The notes beneath the pieces are model-generated. The model saw only the letters and a list, made by a program, of their open reading frames with translations. It was not told the DNA's origin and did not search any database. A DNA stretch of 64,000 nucleotides from Adineta vaga. Lineage: Eukaryota; Animalia; Rotifera. A program made the position numbers and the translations under genes. Shown here piece after piece: positions 52,832-63,701 of this stretch (position 1 is its first letter; each line of letters begins with the position of its first letter). The stretch lies in the NCBI GenBank assembly GCA_021613535.1, contig CP075492.1, positions 19,158,001 to 19,222,000 of the forward strand. The letters run 5' to 3'.

Positions 52832-54340
52832 TTATAATTCTGAAAATGAATCTGTTTGATCATTATTAAATTGATTTGGATTGTAAATCAAACCATCCCT
52901 TGTCGTTTGATTTACATACGTATGATATTGTTTAAAATGATCATATAATTGATTTGAATAAATAAAACCTTTCTCACAATATTCACAACTACAAAAAACG
53001 AAAACAAAGATTTCTTTTTTTTTCATCAAAATATTTCTATATACCTAAATGGATATTGATGTGAATGTTTTACAATATAATGATCTCGTAAATGTTCATG
53101 TCGAACAAATGTTTTACTACAATCATCACATTTATATATTCCACCTAATGCATGATGTTTAGCTTCATGTTGTTTTAATTTATCTTTACTAAAATATAAA
53201 CTAATAGAAAAGAAAGAAAAATATCATTGTTTACTTTTACCGAGCAAATGTTTCTTCACAACCATATTCTTTACATTTAAATGGTTTAATATTCGAATGT
53301 TTCGTTATATTATGTCGATTTAAATGAAAACGTGTTGAAAATATTAAATTACAAATTAAACAAATTTTTTCTTTTGATATATTTTCATTATGTTCAGTAA
53401 TCATATGTTGAGATAAATCAGCTCGTTTCTTAAATGATTTTCTACATATTGTACAATGATAAAGAGGTAAATCAGAATGTTTAGCTAAATGATTATGATA
53501 AGAATTCTTTGATTCAAATTCAATTGAACATAATTGACAAAGAAATTTATGTGTTTCATATTGAATATGATATTGTAATTGTTCAGATGTTGGAAATAAT
53601 TTTTTACATGTTTTACATCGATATATACGTCTAAGACGAAGATTTCGAGACGATTTTTGACTATGAATTTGAGCATGACGAATATAATCAATAGGATTTT
53701 CGAATATTTGAGAACACGTTTGATTTAAACAACGAAAGACTAAATCGTGATCATGAACTAAAATAAAAAAAAATTTTCTTTTATCTTATCTACACGTTTA
53801 GTTTAAAAATCGTACACGTTTTATTATGAATATTTAATGATGCTTTTGAAGAAAATGTAAGTGAACATTGTTTACATTCAAGTGATTCGTTATGAATTGA
53901 TTTTGAATTGATATTTTCATCTTTACGAATATAAATTGCATGTTCATAAATATGATTTTCTAAAATAGTTTGTGATTCAAATTGTTGATCACATATTAGA
54001 CATTCTATTTCAGATATTGTATTTTCATTAGATGAATGATCGATTGTTTCATTATTAATATCCACTTGTTCGACAAATGTTGAAGATAAATCCGATGAAA
54101 TATCATCAACAAATGTTTCTAAATCTGCAGAGAGTAATGCTGTTAACGGACAACTACTTATAGGACATATATTTATTGGTTGTTCATTAACACAAGTCGA
54201 TCGATGAGTAAGAAAAGTATTTAAATCAGTAAAATTTATATGACATTTACCACAAATAAATAAATCTTCTGAATTCGTTGTACCTACAATCACTCATATT
54301 TTATTCCAAAAGATAAAAACTTTCGATTCTACTTACTCAT
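52832..54340 (-). CDS. C2H2 zinc-finger transcription factor (ZNF341-like), multi-exon
   Basis: N-terminal FICGKCHINFTDLNTFLTH plus a run of CxxC..HxxxH fingers (e.g. CTICRKSFKKRADLSQH, CDDCSKTFVRHEHLRDH); 4-nt first coding exon at 54337-54340. Confidence 0.8.
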
Positions 54341-55272
54341 GTCTTATAGAAGATTTGAAGAAAATAAATAAATGGTTGATTTTAACAAAATACTAAAATG
54401 AAAGTGATTAGGAATGCAATCGTTTTGTCATATATTTCTTTTTATTTTTGTTTGTGAGATATAAAATTATCTTACCGTAAAAAACTGGACAAAGTTACAT
54501 AGGAAAACGAAAATCAATATTGATGAAACGATTATTTAGAATCCATCGATGAATCAATTGTGAACTAATAAAAACTTAATATCAGAGATCTATAGTAACA
54601 CATATTGTCTCTCTATATAAACGACTAGATAGTCGAGAATACTATGCATGAGAAATAAGAACAGAATGAAAAAAAGGGGAGCTGTTTCTTAACTGACTGG
54701 TGATGTGATGAATCTACTGCAAGAATGAAAAACGGGGGTACAGTAAACGAGTAATAAGAACAGAACCCTTAAGAAAGGTAAGTCAGCATTTTTTCTTGTT
54801 ATGTGATGAGTATATTGTAAGAACGAAAAATGGGGGTGCTGCAGATGCGCAAGACGAACAGAAAATAAAAAGGGGGAGTTGTTTTTCTGATTGAGAGTCA
54901 AAATATCTCATAAATATTTAGCAAGTTATCCTAAATTTGAAAAAAATTTATTGTTTCACAAGCAACATATGAATCAATCCAATCTTAAAGTCAAAGTGAA
55001 GCTGTTATAGTTATATCTGAACTGGAAAGTATAATGAAAAAAGTAGCTTAATTATTCTGACTAATACATTCAAATTGTTGATAACTGAAATATGTCTTTT
55101 TCAATCAGTTAAGGAAGTATATTAATTAAAAGATCAGTATATCCAACATTTTTTAAAAATCGGATATAGGAATTATTTCTGTTAGAGTTTTTCTCTTTTT
55201 TCCATAATTTCAGACATGTAAATACAAGAGCACAATCTCCTATCAGAGGTAAGAGGAGGAAAGGGAGAAGAC

Positions 55273-55340
55273 TTGAGTGTGAGTACGTATACCTGTAATC
55301 GTTATCGAGATCTACACCCACACCCACACCCACACCCTCA
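55273..55340. repeat. Telomeric-repeat hairpin mini-element
   Basis: TTGAGTGTGAGT...GTAATCGTTATCGAGATCTACA(CCCACA)3CCCTCA. Confidence 0.8.
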
Positions 55341-55474
55341 GGTATTTTAACAAATCAATTGACTCCTTGCTCCGTACTAGATAAACAAACGATGTTTTTC
55401 TGTTCGACGACCAATTCTATCAAGTAAAATGTGATACAAAGATACCCGAAGAAGAAAAAGATCAAGATACTTCT

Positions 55475-55684
55475 ATGTATCGTAGTTTATTAATTGCATC
55501 ATTTGTTATTACAATCGTCACATTTCTATCGCTATCAACAGTGATTATTATTTATTTCATACGAAAATCGCATCAACATCAAACTCCTGTTCGGAAAAAA
55601 TCCAGAAGAAAATCTCGTCGATCAATACGTTCCGAAAGTATCAAACTGAATGGCGCAACGAACGAAAATATTGCTTCTTCTTAA
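55475..55684 (+). CDS. Small single-pass membrane protein
   Basis: ATG, one hydrophobic helix followed by a basic tail. Confidence 0.4.
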   Translation: MYRSLLIASFVITIVTFLSLSTVIIIYFIRKSHQHQTPVRKKSRRKSRRSIRSESIKLNGATNENIASS

Positions 55685-55817
55685 TCTTTTATTCTATTGT
55701 TCTATTTTGATACTTTTTTCAAATGGAAAAAACGAATATTTATTCATAACAAACTAATAAACCGAGATTTACCCTCACCCTTATCACAAAAAAAACTAAA
55801 TAAATAAACAATAAATT

Positions 55818-57689
55818 TTACCACCAAAGAAACAAATGACGAGAAATATATTTAATAAGATATCTTTCCAATTTGATTAATCTTTTCATTTCATGTAAAC
55901 ATACTTTTGGTAAATTTTGTATACTTAAATAAAATAATGGTACATTATTTTCTTTTATTTTTGTAAGAATAAATTGTACAATTGATCCTAACTCTTTTCT
56001 ATTTCCTCTAATTTGTAAATGATTTAAATGAGAACATATTGTAAAAATAAATTTCATTTGTCGAATTGAACAATTTTCACTAAGAAATAAATATTTAATT
56101 CGATTAGTTTTACAAACTATTTCAAATGATCGACTTTGTTCAATAGAAATAGACTCAGATTCTTCTTGTTCATAAATCGAAAATTGTAATGTTTCTAAAT
56201 TTACCATAAAAGATAACATTTCAATCAAATATTCCATTACAACAACAGATTCAATGATAAATTTTGTAATTTTTTCGAAAGACAAAACACGATTAAGATT
56301 TGTTGTTATTGAAGATAAAAATATTTGCATATCATATGGAAAAGTAAGATTAGTTACATTTGGAAAATAACTTGTACAATTATCTAAATCTTTTAATTTT
56401 ATTATTAATAAATGATTAATTGATTTCAAACAAATACTCTTGTTTTTAAGTCGATAATTATTTCTAGAAGTTATTTCTAAAGATCGTTTTCTAAAAGAAA
56501 TAAGAAATAATCTTAAAATTTACTATTAAATGAATATACTTAGATGAATTGTTTGAAGAAAAAATCATATGTTCAATACTTCCGCAAGTTTTTCTTTTAC
56601 ATTCAAAAAACCATTGGTTTTCATTGGAAAATAATGAAGAAAAGTTTTCTTTAAGTTGATCAGAATAATCATAGGAATCCATTAGAGATGCGTATTGAAG
56701 AGAAAATGTACGTAATTTTGTCATTGATGATGAAATTAATTGTTTCCATCGATGATGATCCAAATATGTTTTATCAAGTCCAACTTTAATATGTAAAACT
56801 TGAATTTCATTACCGAAAATCTTCATTAATTTCTCAAATTGATCAAAATAAATATAAATAGATTTTAAATGAAGATATGTTAAATAATTTAATTTCATTG
56901 GATATAAATCTTTGTTTTCATTCTGAACATTATCAAGATATTCAATTGATAAAAATTGAAGTTGAGTTAAATATGATAATATTATATCAATCATATCATA
57001 TCGAACTTCATTTATAATGAAATGTTCAATTGAACTTGATTGATTTTCATTATTTATTTCAAATTCTGAATCTTTAGATAAATAAATTGTAAGTTTACAG
57101 AATTTTAATGAAGATAAACGAAATATTTGATGAAAAAAACGACTTGTATGTTTAATGCAATTCTTTGATTCGATATTTAATGAATGAAGTTAAGGTAATA
57201 CATATGCATAATTAAGAAGATTTTCAAGATAATTTAATTCAATTCCAATAAGAATAAGAGATTCAAGACGAATATATTGAATTATTTGATTAACTGATGA
57301 GAAAATTTCTTCTATTATAAGAATATTCGATAAATGAAATGAAATGAAATGATTCGATGTTGATTTCGTTTAATTATATTTGTATGATAATCTTGAAAAT
57401 TGGATTTTGATATTGAAAAAAGATTGATTTTTAATGGAAGATTTGAATTGATTAAAATATTTTTAAATCGTTTGTTAAGATGAAAAAATCCTTGAAAAAT
57501 ATCATAAGAATTAAGATATTCAAAAGTTTCATAAAGAAGTTCAATTGATAAATCTTCAAATTCAGTATAAATTGATCGTAATTTCGTTTTGTAAATTGGA
57601 ATTACTTTTGTAAATAAATAAATCTTACTTTTCTTTCTTTTATTATCACGAGAATTTTCATCAGTTTGTTTTCGTTTTCTTAGTTGCAT
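55818..57689 (-). pseudogene. F-box-like/LRR protein gene with frameshifts
   Basis: FEDLSIELLYETFEYLNSYDIFQGFFHLNKRF F-box-like motif; L-rich repeats, YLDHHRW, terminal LFLWW; frame breaks near 57330, 57190 and 56995. Confidence 0.75.
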
Positions 57690-58047
57690 TCTGACTGATA
57701 AATGTTTTTAAAAAAATGATCGAAAAAGAGAAAAATACACTATTGTATTTAAGTAAAGACATTAGCATTAAAATTTATTCTTTATTTTCTTTCGATACAT
57801 CTATTTGATGACCTCGTCTAAAATATTGACGAAAATTCGGCAGCGGATATCATTTTTGCATTATATATATATATGTATATATCAACATATCCTTGCAATA
57901 GAATTGTATCATATACATTTATTAGAAATTGTGCAGTAAGAAAGCAATAATCACATGTTACTTGCAGCGGAGATTATGAAGAAACTATCTTTCGAATAAA
58001 TTGTCATCGTTCTTTTTTATTTTATTAAAATTCTATTGAAATTGCTA

Positions 58048-59018
58048 TCAGCATCCATTAAGTGAAATATTTGAATAATTAAATACTATCGATGGATATA
58101 GAATTTCGTTTTTTGTTTTCATAGATGTAATATTTCGATTGGAGCCATTTTCATAAAAAATTGTAACGTCGCCAGTATGCGTTGCTATAATTGTAGCATT
58201 CGACTGAAGATATGCTGTAATATCTCCACAATTAGAAATTACTAACTTTGCTTTTGATTCTAAATATACTGTTATCTCCTTAATGTTGGCAATTTCAGCA
58301 TATCCATCTGATTGGATGAATAATATAATAGTACCGGCACTACTAATGATAACGCTCGCATTTGACTCCACATAAGCTGAAATATTCTTAGTATTCCCAA
58401 TCGTAAGCGTTTTACCGTTTTTAACATATAATCCATTGATGAAATTTTTGTTGCCGATAGTTGTGCTATTATTGAAACAATCCCATGTATTTCCAAAAGA
58501 AGGAAAAACTGACATATATGGTGAATCTGTGGTAATTATTGCTGATGAATTTTCCTCTAAAATAAAGATAAGAATTACATTGACATAAAGTTTCGAAAAA
58601 AACAAACATTTTATTTACTGATTAAATTTATTGACATACTTCGCAAGTATAACGTCTTACCTGTTGAGTAACTGGTTATTTTTGTAGTGAAAGTTATTTC
58701 CGGTGTTACCGTATCTGAAGGTAATGAATTAAAATAAACTGAACTGATTGAATTATTCATTAACGATAATGAATCTATCGTAAGAGACTTTGTAAATATT
58801 TCACATGTATTATTATTATGAAAACAATTGAATGCAGAAATTTGTGTTGTATTCGAAAGCATTGCACAAACACATGTATGACAAGAACCATTTATTATAG
58901 TTGAATTGTAATTAAATACTTCCAAAGAAACATTATGAATTACTGGAATATATTTTATATTGCTTGAAATTGTTTTAATTGAATGAAAAAATAAAATATA
59001 GAAGAAAATATACCACAT
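58048..59018 (-). CDS. Secreted protein: Cys-rich Apple-like domain, Thr/Ser linker, beta-solenoid repeats
   Basis: Signal peptide, CHTCVC..FNC..NNTC; intron 58557-58660 in phase; ~18-aa repeats I(T/S)xY(L/V)(E/Q)SNA. Confidence 0.7.
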
Positions 59019-59022
59019 TTGA

Positions 59023-59045
59023 TAGTAGTAGTAGTAGTAGTAGTA
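59023..59045. repeat. (TAG)n microsatellite
   Basis: tagtagtagtagtagtagtagta. Confidence 0.9.
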
Positions 59046-59758
59046 ATTCAAAATGATGTCTTCATCGACTATCGTTTTCTGTTTGAAGAAACAACAACAA
59101 CTATTCTATTATTTCCGAATATGTGTTTTATAGAATAAACTATAGAAAGAAACTAGTTTTCATTTAACTTTTGAATATTATATAAGGTCAAATATGTAAA
59201 GATTTCTCGTACAAAGAAATAGATCAATTTATGATTCTCTCAAAGAGAAGTAACCGAAGAAACTATTATTATTTATCGGAAAAAACGGTCATGGAAATCA
59301 TTTCCGCTTTTCCATTGTTTTTCTTGTGAATAAAGCTGAATTAATTTACTTTACTTGAGATTGATTTGAAATCAACCAGGCATATTTTACGTACATATAT
59401 TCTAGTTTTAAAGAAAAATCGAAGAAATTCTTGCTTTTTCTCGACGTCTTCCACAAATAACAAACATATCTCTTTCTCTCTATACACACTCAACATCAAC
59501 AAATCCACATTCTTCCATCAATTTCTAAATAATAATTTAAATAAAATTCTGTATTTTAATTTTGATTCATCCAAGCTTCGTTTTCCTGGCATTCGTGTAA
59601 TCTTTTCGATCGTCATACTTACATCAATTCATTGTTTTGCTATGTTCCATCTTTCTGAGGATTGATCAATTAATGTTAAACTTGAAATCGATGAATATGC
59701 TTTCAAGTAATGAAGTGAAGCTATTCCACTTTCACAACAGAGATTAGCTACTCGATAG

Positions 59759-59812
59759 ATGGGTGTGGGTGGGTGTCTTAGATAGATGTAATACCCACAC
59801 CTACACCCTCAA
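59759..59812. repeat. Telomeric-repeat hairpin mini-element
   Basis: ATGGGTGTGGGTGGGTGT-CTTAGATAGATGTAATA-CCCACACCTACACCCTCAA. Confidence 0.85.
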
Positions 59813-60109
59813 CGAATATGTATTATAAAAATGTATATATTCAATGTGTGGATATAATATCATTCCTTCTTTACGTCATCTGCATGAGAATTCAAAATGC
59901 GCAATAGAACGATCTGAAAATAACTGTACAGTAACAAGTTTAATATATCGTCTTCGCTAATCATGTCATATATCATCGTTCTGAAAGGAAATAAAAGTGA
60001 CAGTTCTTGTTAATAAAAGAACAAAAGTGTAATGATTATAGTTTTAGTGTCTGTGGTGGTGGTGGTGGTGGCGGTGATGAACATGCCCAGAAAATCCACC
60101 ATCTCTATT

Positions 60110-61453
60110 TCATTGTTGATCAAATCCAGCGTTATCATTAAAACCAAAATCATAATTTTGATTCCATTGTTGATCATATCCTTTTTGATCATCTGTATTC
60201 CATGAATCACCGCCAAAATCACCATGAGCATTATCATTAAAGTTCACTTCAAAATCATCTTCTTCAATTTGTTCAATTACACGATCATATGTATTGTCGT
60301 CATCATCGTCATTACCATTGTCGTTATTATTATTTTGATAATCGATATCATCATTATAATCCCAATGTTCTTGACTAAAATCGTTGTCGGACACCTTACG
60401 AATCGTCCATGCATCAAAACAAAGATCTGGATCTGTCATATAATCATATGGAATGTAACAATACCCACGATCACCCTACAGAATATTAAATGAAAACGAT
60501 AAACTGTCTATTTCGTTATTTATTTATTTATTGATGAAGTTTCTTACCCAGTCTTCTCCCCAAGAATTTCGAACGATGAATGACTGCGATTGATCACTAT
60601 AACCAACGGCTACTAGTGCATGACTAATCAGAACGAAGAGTAGACAAATGAATAATCTTTCTAGTTTAAAAACTTATGTACCTGCCATCGGACTGACGAC
60701 TACGATGGTTTGAATCTGGCATCGGTACAGTACCTGTTTTAGCTGCTTTATCAAATGATGTGAATAGATGTAGTCCAAATACAAAAGGAAAACCTTGTGC
60801 AAGACATGATTTCATTTCATATAAGTTGATTTTAATTTGGAGTGCTTCAGAAATTGTATGTGGTTTAGCTGATGTATATACTTCACTGTTCGGTCGTGTG
60901 TTTACTCTTGAAATGTCATATGGCCATAATGATTCGAGACAAGTACCAAATTCCTCAAGTGCTTCGATAGCACTTGTCATTGAACACCCTGAATCAGTAA
61001 CTGGTTCTCCGGGTTGATCTTTTTCACGACTATTATAATAAATAAAAAGTCGACTCACATCGATACTTTCACCATGTTTTTTTCTTGCTAAATATTCATA
61101 TACTCCTAATCATGAAATATTCATATAGAATTAAACGAACAACAAGTTCCATTTCATTCTTACCTGCGAGAGCATTCGCTGAACTAAAGTAAAGAGAAGA
61201 AAATAACATAATATTGTTAACTAGTCTATTTTAAATGCACTTACCAACTACCGATACTTGATTGATTTTCTACAGTTGTCATTTCGTTTCGAAGATCAAT
61301 TTTTGGTGGAAGTTCTTCCCGACTAAACATCAAACGATCGTTAAAAGATCGTCGTAAATTTGCCTTATGTGGCAAACGATTGGAAGGCCAAATACCATTG
61401 AGACGACATTTACGATTGAAACGTTTGTTTAATAAAAATGTTTTTAATGGCAT
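60110..61453 (-). CDS. Papain-family (C1A) cysteine protease, xylellain-like, 5 exons, with D/N-rich tail
   Basis: Spliced LPPKIDLR..VENQSSIGSCSANALAG, SRLFIYYNSR, SHALVAVGY, RNSWG; exons 61245-61453, 61164-61183, ~60682-61105, ~60548-60623, 60110-60476. Confidence 0.9.
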
Positions 61454-62358
61454 ATTTCTATTATAATATTGTATTCGAATGAATGTAAAATAGATTTTCA
61501 ATCGATTACAAAAAAAACTGGATTATATACCGAAAAATTATGAATAATATAACATGAATAATTATATATCACATTTTCGTTTTTCTTCGCTTCACTCAAG
61601 TGTAAATTACACATGATGTATTGTAAAACTGTTATTTTCCTTTCTCTTTCTTTTTCTTCACTTACTTAAAACAATTACAATACGAAGAAACACGTACGCT
61701 CATCACACTTTTCCTTCCTTTCGAACGACTTGCATTCGTCCGAATATACGTTCTGCTGAAAAATGTGCTCATATATAGTATATAAGAGCAGTGCTTCTAC
61801 CTGTGTTCCATCTCATCATCATTCTCTCAATAAAGCTTTTCACCTCACAGATTTTAATATTTATTTACATCTTCAAAACAATATTTATTATATATATATA
61901 TATATATAATTTTCAAAAAATTCTCATTATAGACAACGTATTGAAACATCTCGACATATGATAAAATTGTTTCAGAATTTATTTTCAATATAGTTGACAT
62001 TTTCGCGATTATAGATTCAGCAAAATACCGTAATATTGAAAAAAAGAGAACTTTTCTGTTACAAGGAGAAAAGCTGACAGCTATTCAGTTGAGAGAACTT
62101 ATCACAAGATATAGCGCCGAGATCAATGCAAGTTAGCTACAGTAAGCTTTCGAAAAAATCGTCATAGTCCTCTTGATAGCTGTCTTCATTAGGAGAATAT
62201 CTTTTGTTGACGATGATTGCAATTCCGGAATTTCAGTAATATGGAATGATCAGGAATTTCTGTTTATTCCTGCCGATACCGTCATTACTATATTTGTCAA
62301 TGTTTAACTGCGGGAGAGAAGTATGTAGATACTCTAAAGGATAATACTGCTTCATAAG

Positions 62359-62761
62359 ATGGGTGTGGGTGTGCGGAAAGCTCGGCCAGTGGGCAAGCAC
62401 AATAGTGTGGGTGTCCGAAAAACGCCTAATTACAGACACCGGATGGAACAACCAACACCTCCAACAAATTGATAGAAAAGGTGCACGGTCACGAACTCGA
62501 AAGTGCGCACCGCATTTCACAAATAACTCAGGATCATCTTTTCTTGAGTTCACACATCGCACCACTTCCGAATTAGGCAGAAATAGGCAGGAAATGCAGG
62601 AGTTTGACTGAATTTGTAGAAATTGAATGCCAGCCGTTCCGGATTTGAATAAGTGGAAGTCCAGAATTGAGTGATAGGCATTTTAGTGGGTCAATCAATT
62701 CCGGAATGTGTAACTTTTCGGAATAGGAAGTATTCTCCACCCCACCCACCCACACCCTCAA
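62359..62761. repeat. Expanded telomeric-arm element enclosing ~360 bp of GC-richer sequence
   Basis: ATGGGTGTGGGTGTG at left, CCACCCACCCACACCCTCAA at right. Confidence 0.6.
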
Positions 62762-63030
62762 GATGCTATAGGGGTTTTTAATGGTGATCAACAAGCAGAT
62801 ATTGCAGTTTCGTATAGTGGTGCAAATAGTATCGGAGTACTTCTTGGATATAAAAATGGAATTATGGGTTCAGTACAAAAATTTCCGGTTGGAAATAAAA
62901 CATATTATACGAGAATTACTGCAAGTGATTTTAATAATGATGGTTGTCAAGATATACTGGCTACAGATGATCAGAGTGGTGCAGTATTTGTTCTATTAAA
63001 TATTTGTCAATGTCAACAACCTCTCGAATA
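62762..63030 (+). pseudogene. FG-GAP/VCBS repeat gene 3' fragment
   Basis: FNGDQQADIAVSYSGANSIGVLLG...ASDFNNDGCQDILATD...LLNICQC; no 5' part present. Confidence 0.8.
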
Positions 63031-63153
63031 ATATAAACCCTGTGATTATTCTAATCTATGTTGTAGAGTGTAATGCTTTGTTTAATATTGTATTTTATGT
63101 CAATCGTTCATTTATCAATCTTCAAATAAAAAATATTCAGTTAAAGTCAATAC

Positions 63154-63189
63154 TTGAGAGTAGGATGAGTACAGTCACCCACACTCTCA
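63154..63189. repeat. Degenerate telomeric-repeat hairpin mini-element
   Basis: TTGAGAGTAGGATGAG-TACAG-TCACCCACACTCTCA. Confidence 0.6.
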
Positions 63190-63578
63190 TCCTCCGTAAA
63201 CTCTCACTTTCAGATCGTATTTCAAAAAAAGAATAATAAAGTAACTATTTATCTTTATTTATAAAGTAAAGATAAAATAACACTTCTAATGAGAGTTTTA
63301 TTTCACCGTGGTATACAGACCACACAGAATAAAAACTTTCATGTCATATCTCTATTCCTTAATAAATTTAAAGTATCATAACAAAGAAACAAAAAAAATT
63401 ATTTAGACTTACTACAAAGACAAGTTTGTCATTTGTTAAAGTAACAGATGTTTTAACTTTACTTAGCCATGTCTTAAAAGCTTTTCTGACGATTTTCTAG
63501 ACTCCGAAAAATATATACCGCTACAAACCTTGTACTTTGGAGTTTTCGATTGAGTCTGTCGTATCATCAGTATCGGTA

Positions 63579-63629
63579 ATGGGTAGATGTGAGTGCGAGT
63601 AATCTCTTATCGATGACTCACACTCTCAA
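63579..63629. repeat. Telomeric-repeat hairpin mini-element (degenerate)
   Basis: ATGGGTAGATGTGAGTGCGAGTAATCTCTTATCGATGACTCACACTCTCAA. Confidence 0.65.
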
Positions 63630-63701
63630 GATTTCTTTAATAACTTTCTTCTAGAATAAAAAAGTGACACAGTGAAAATTTCCTTTGAACTACTTAGAAA
63701 C

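Noticed and set aside
7373-60112. UGA=Trp recoding suggested by TGA at likely Trp positions (7424, ~22470, 35852, 60110)
   Set aside because: TGA also ends apparently complete genes (15345, 58048), TGG is used freely, and likely CAA>TAA lesions occur too; G>A/C>T mutation explains it.
62030-62358. Bacterial ABC substrate-binding-like fragment (IPYY*NSGIAIIVNK)
   Set aside because: Similarity rests on a few residues with stops.
10598-63236. Many short ORFs overlapping real genes or MITEs (e.g. 10598, 14129, 17478, 21548, 23539, 48343, 50574, 51590, 62363, 62781)
   Set aside because: Antisense or alternate-frame shadows, or chance ORFs in repeats, with no recognisable motifs.
6614-63629. Hairpin-plus-spacer units as a CRISPR-like array or as true chromosome ends
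   Set aside because: Units are dispersed and inverted, not tandem direct repeats; there are no cas genes and the context is eukaryotic; tracts are only 1-4 repeats long and internal.
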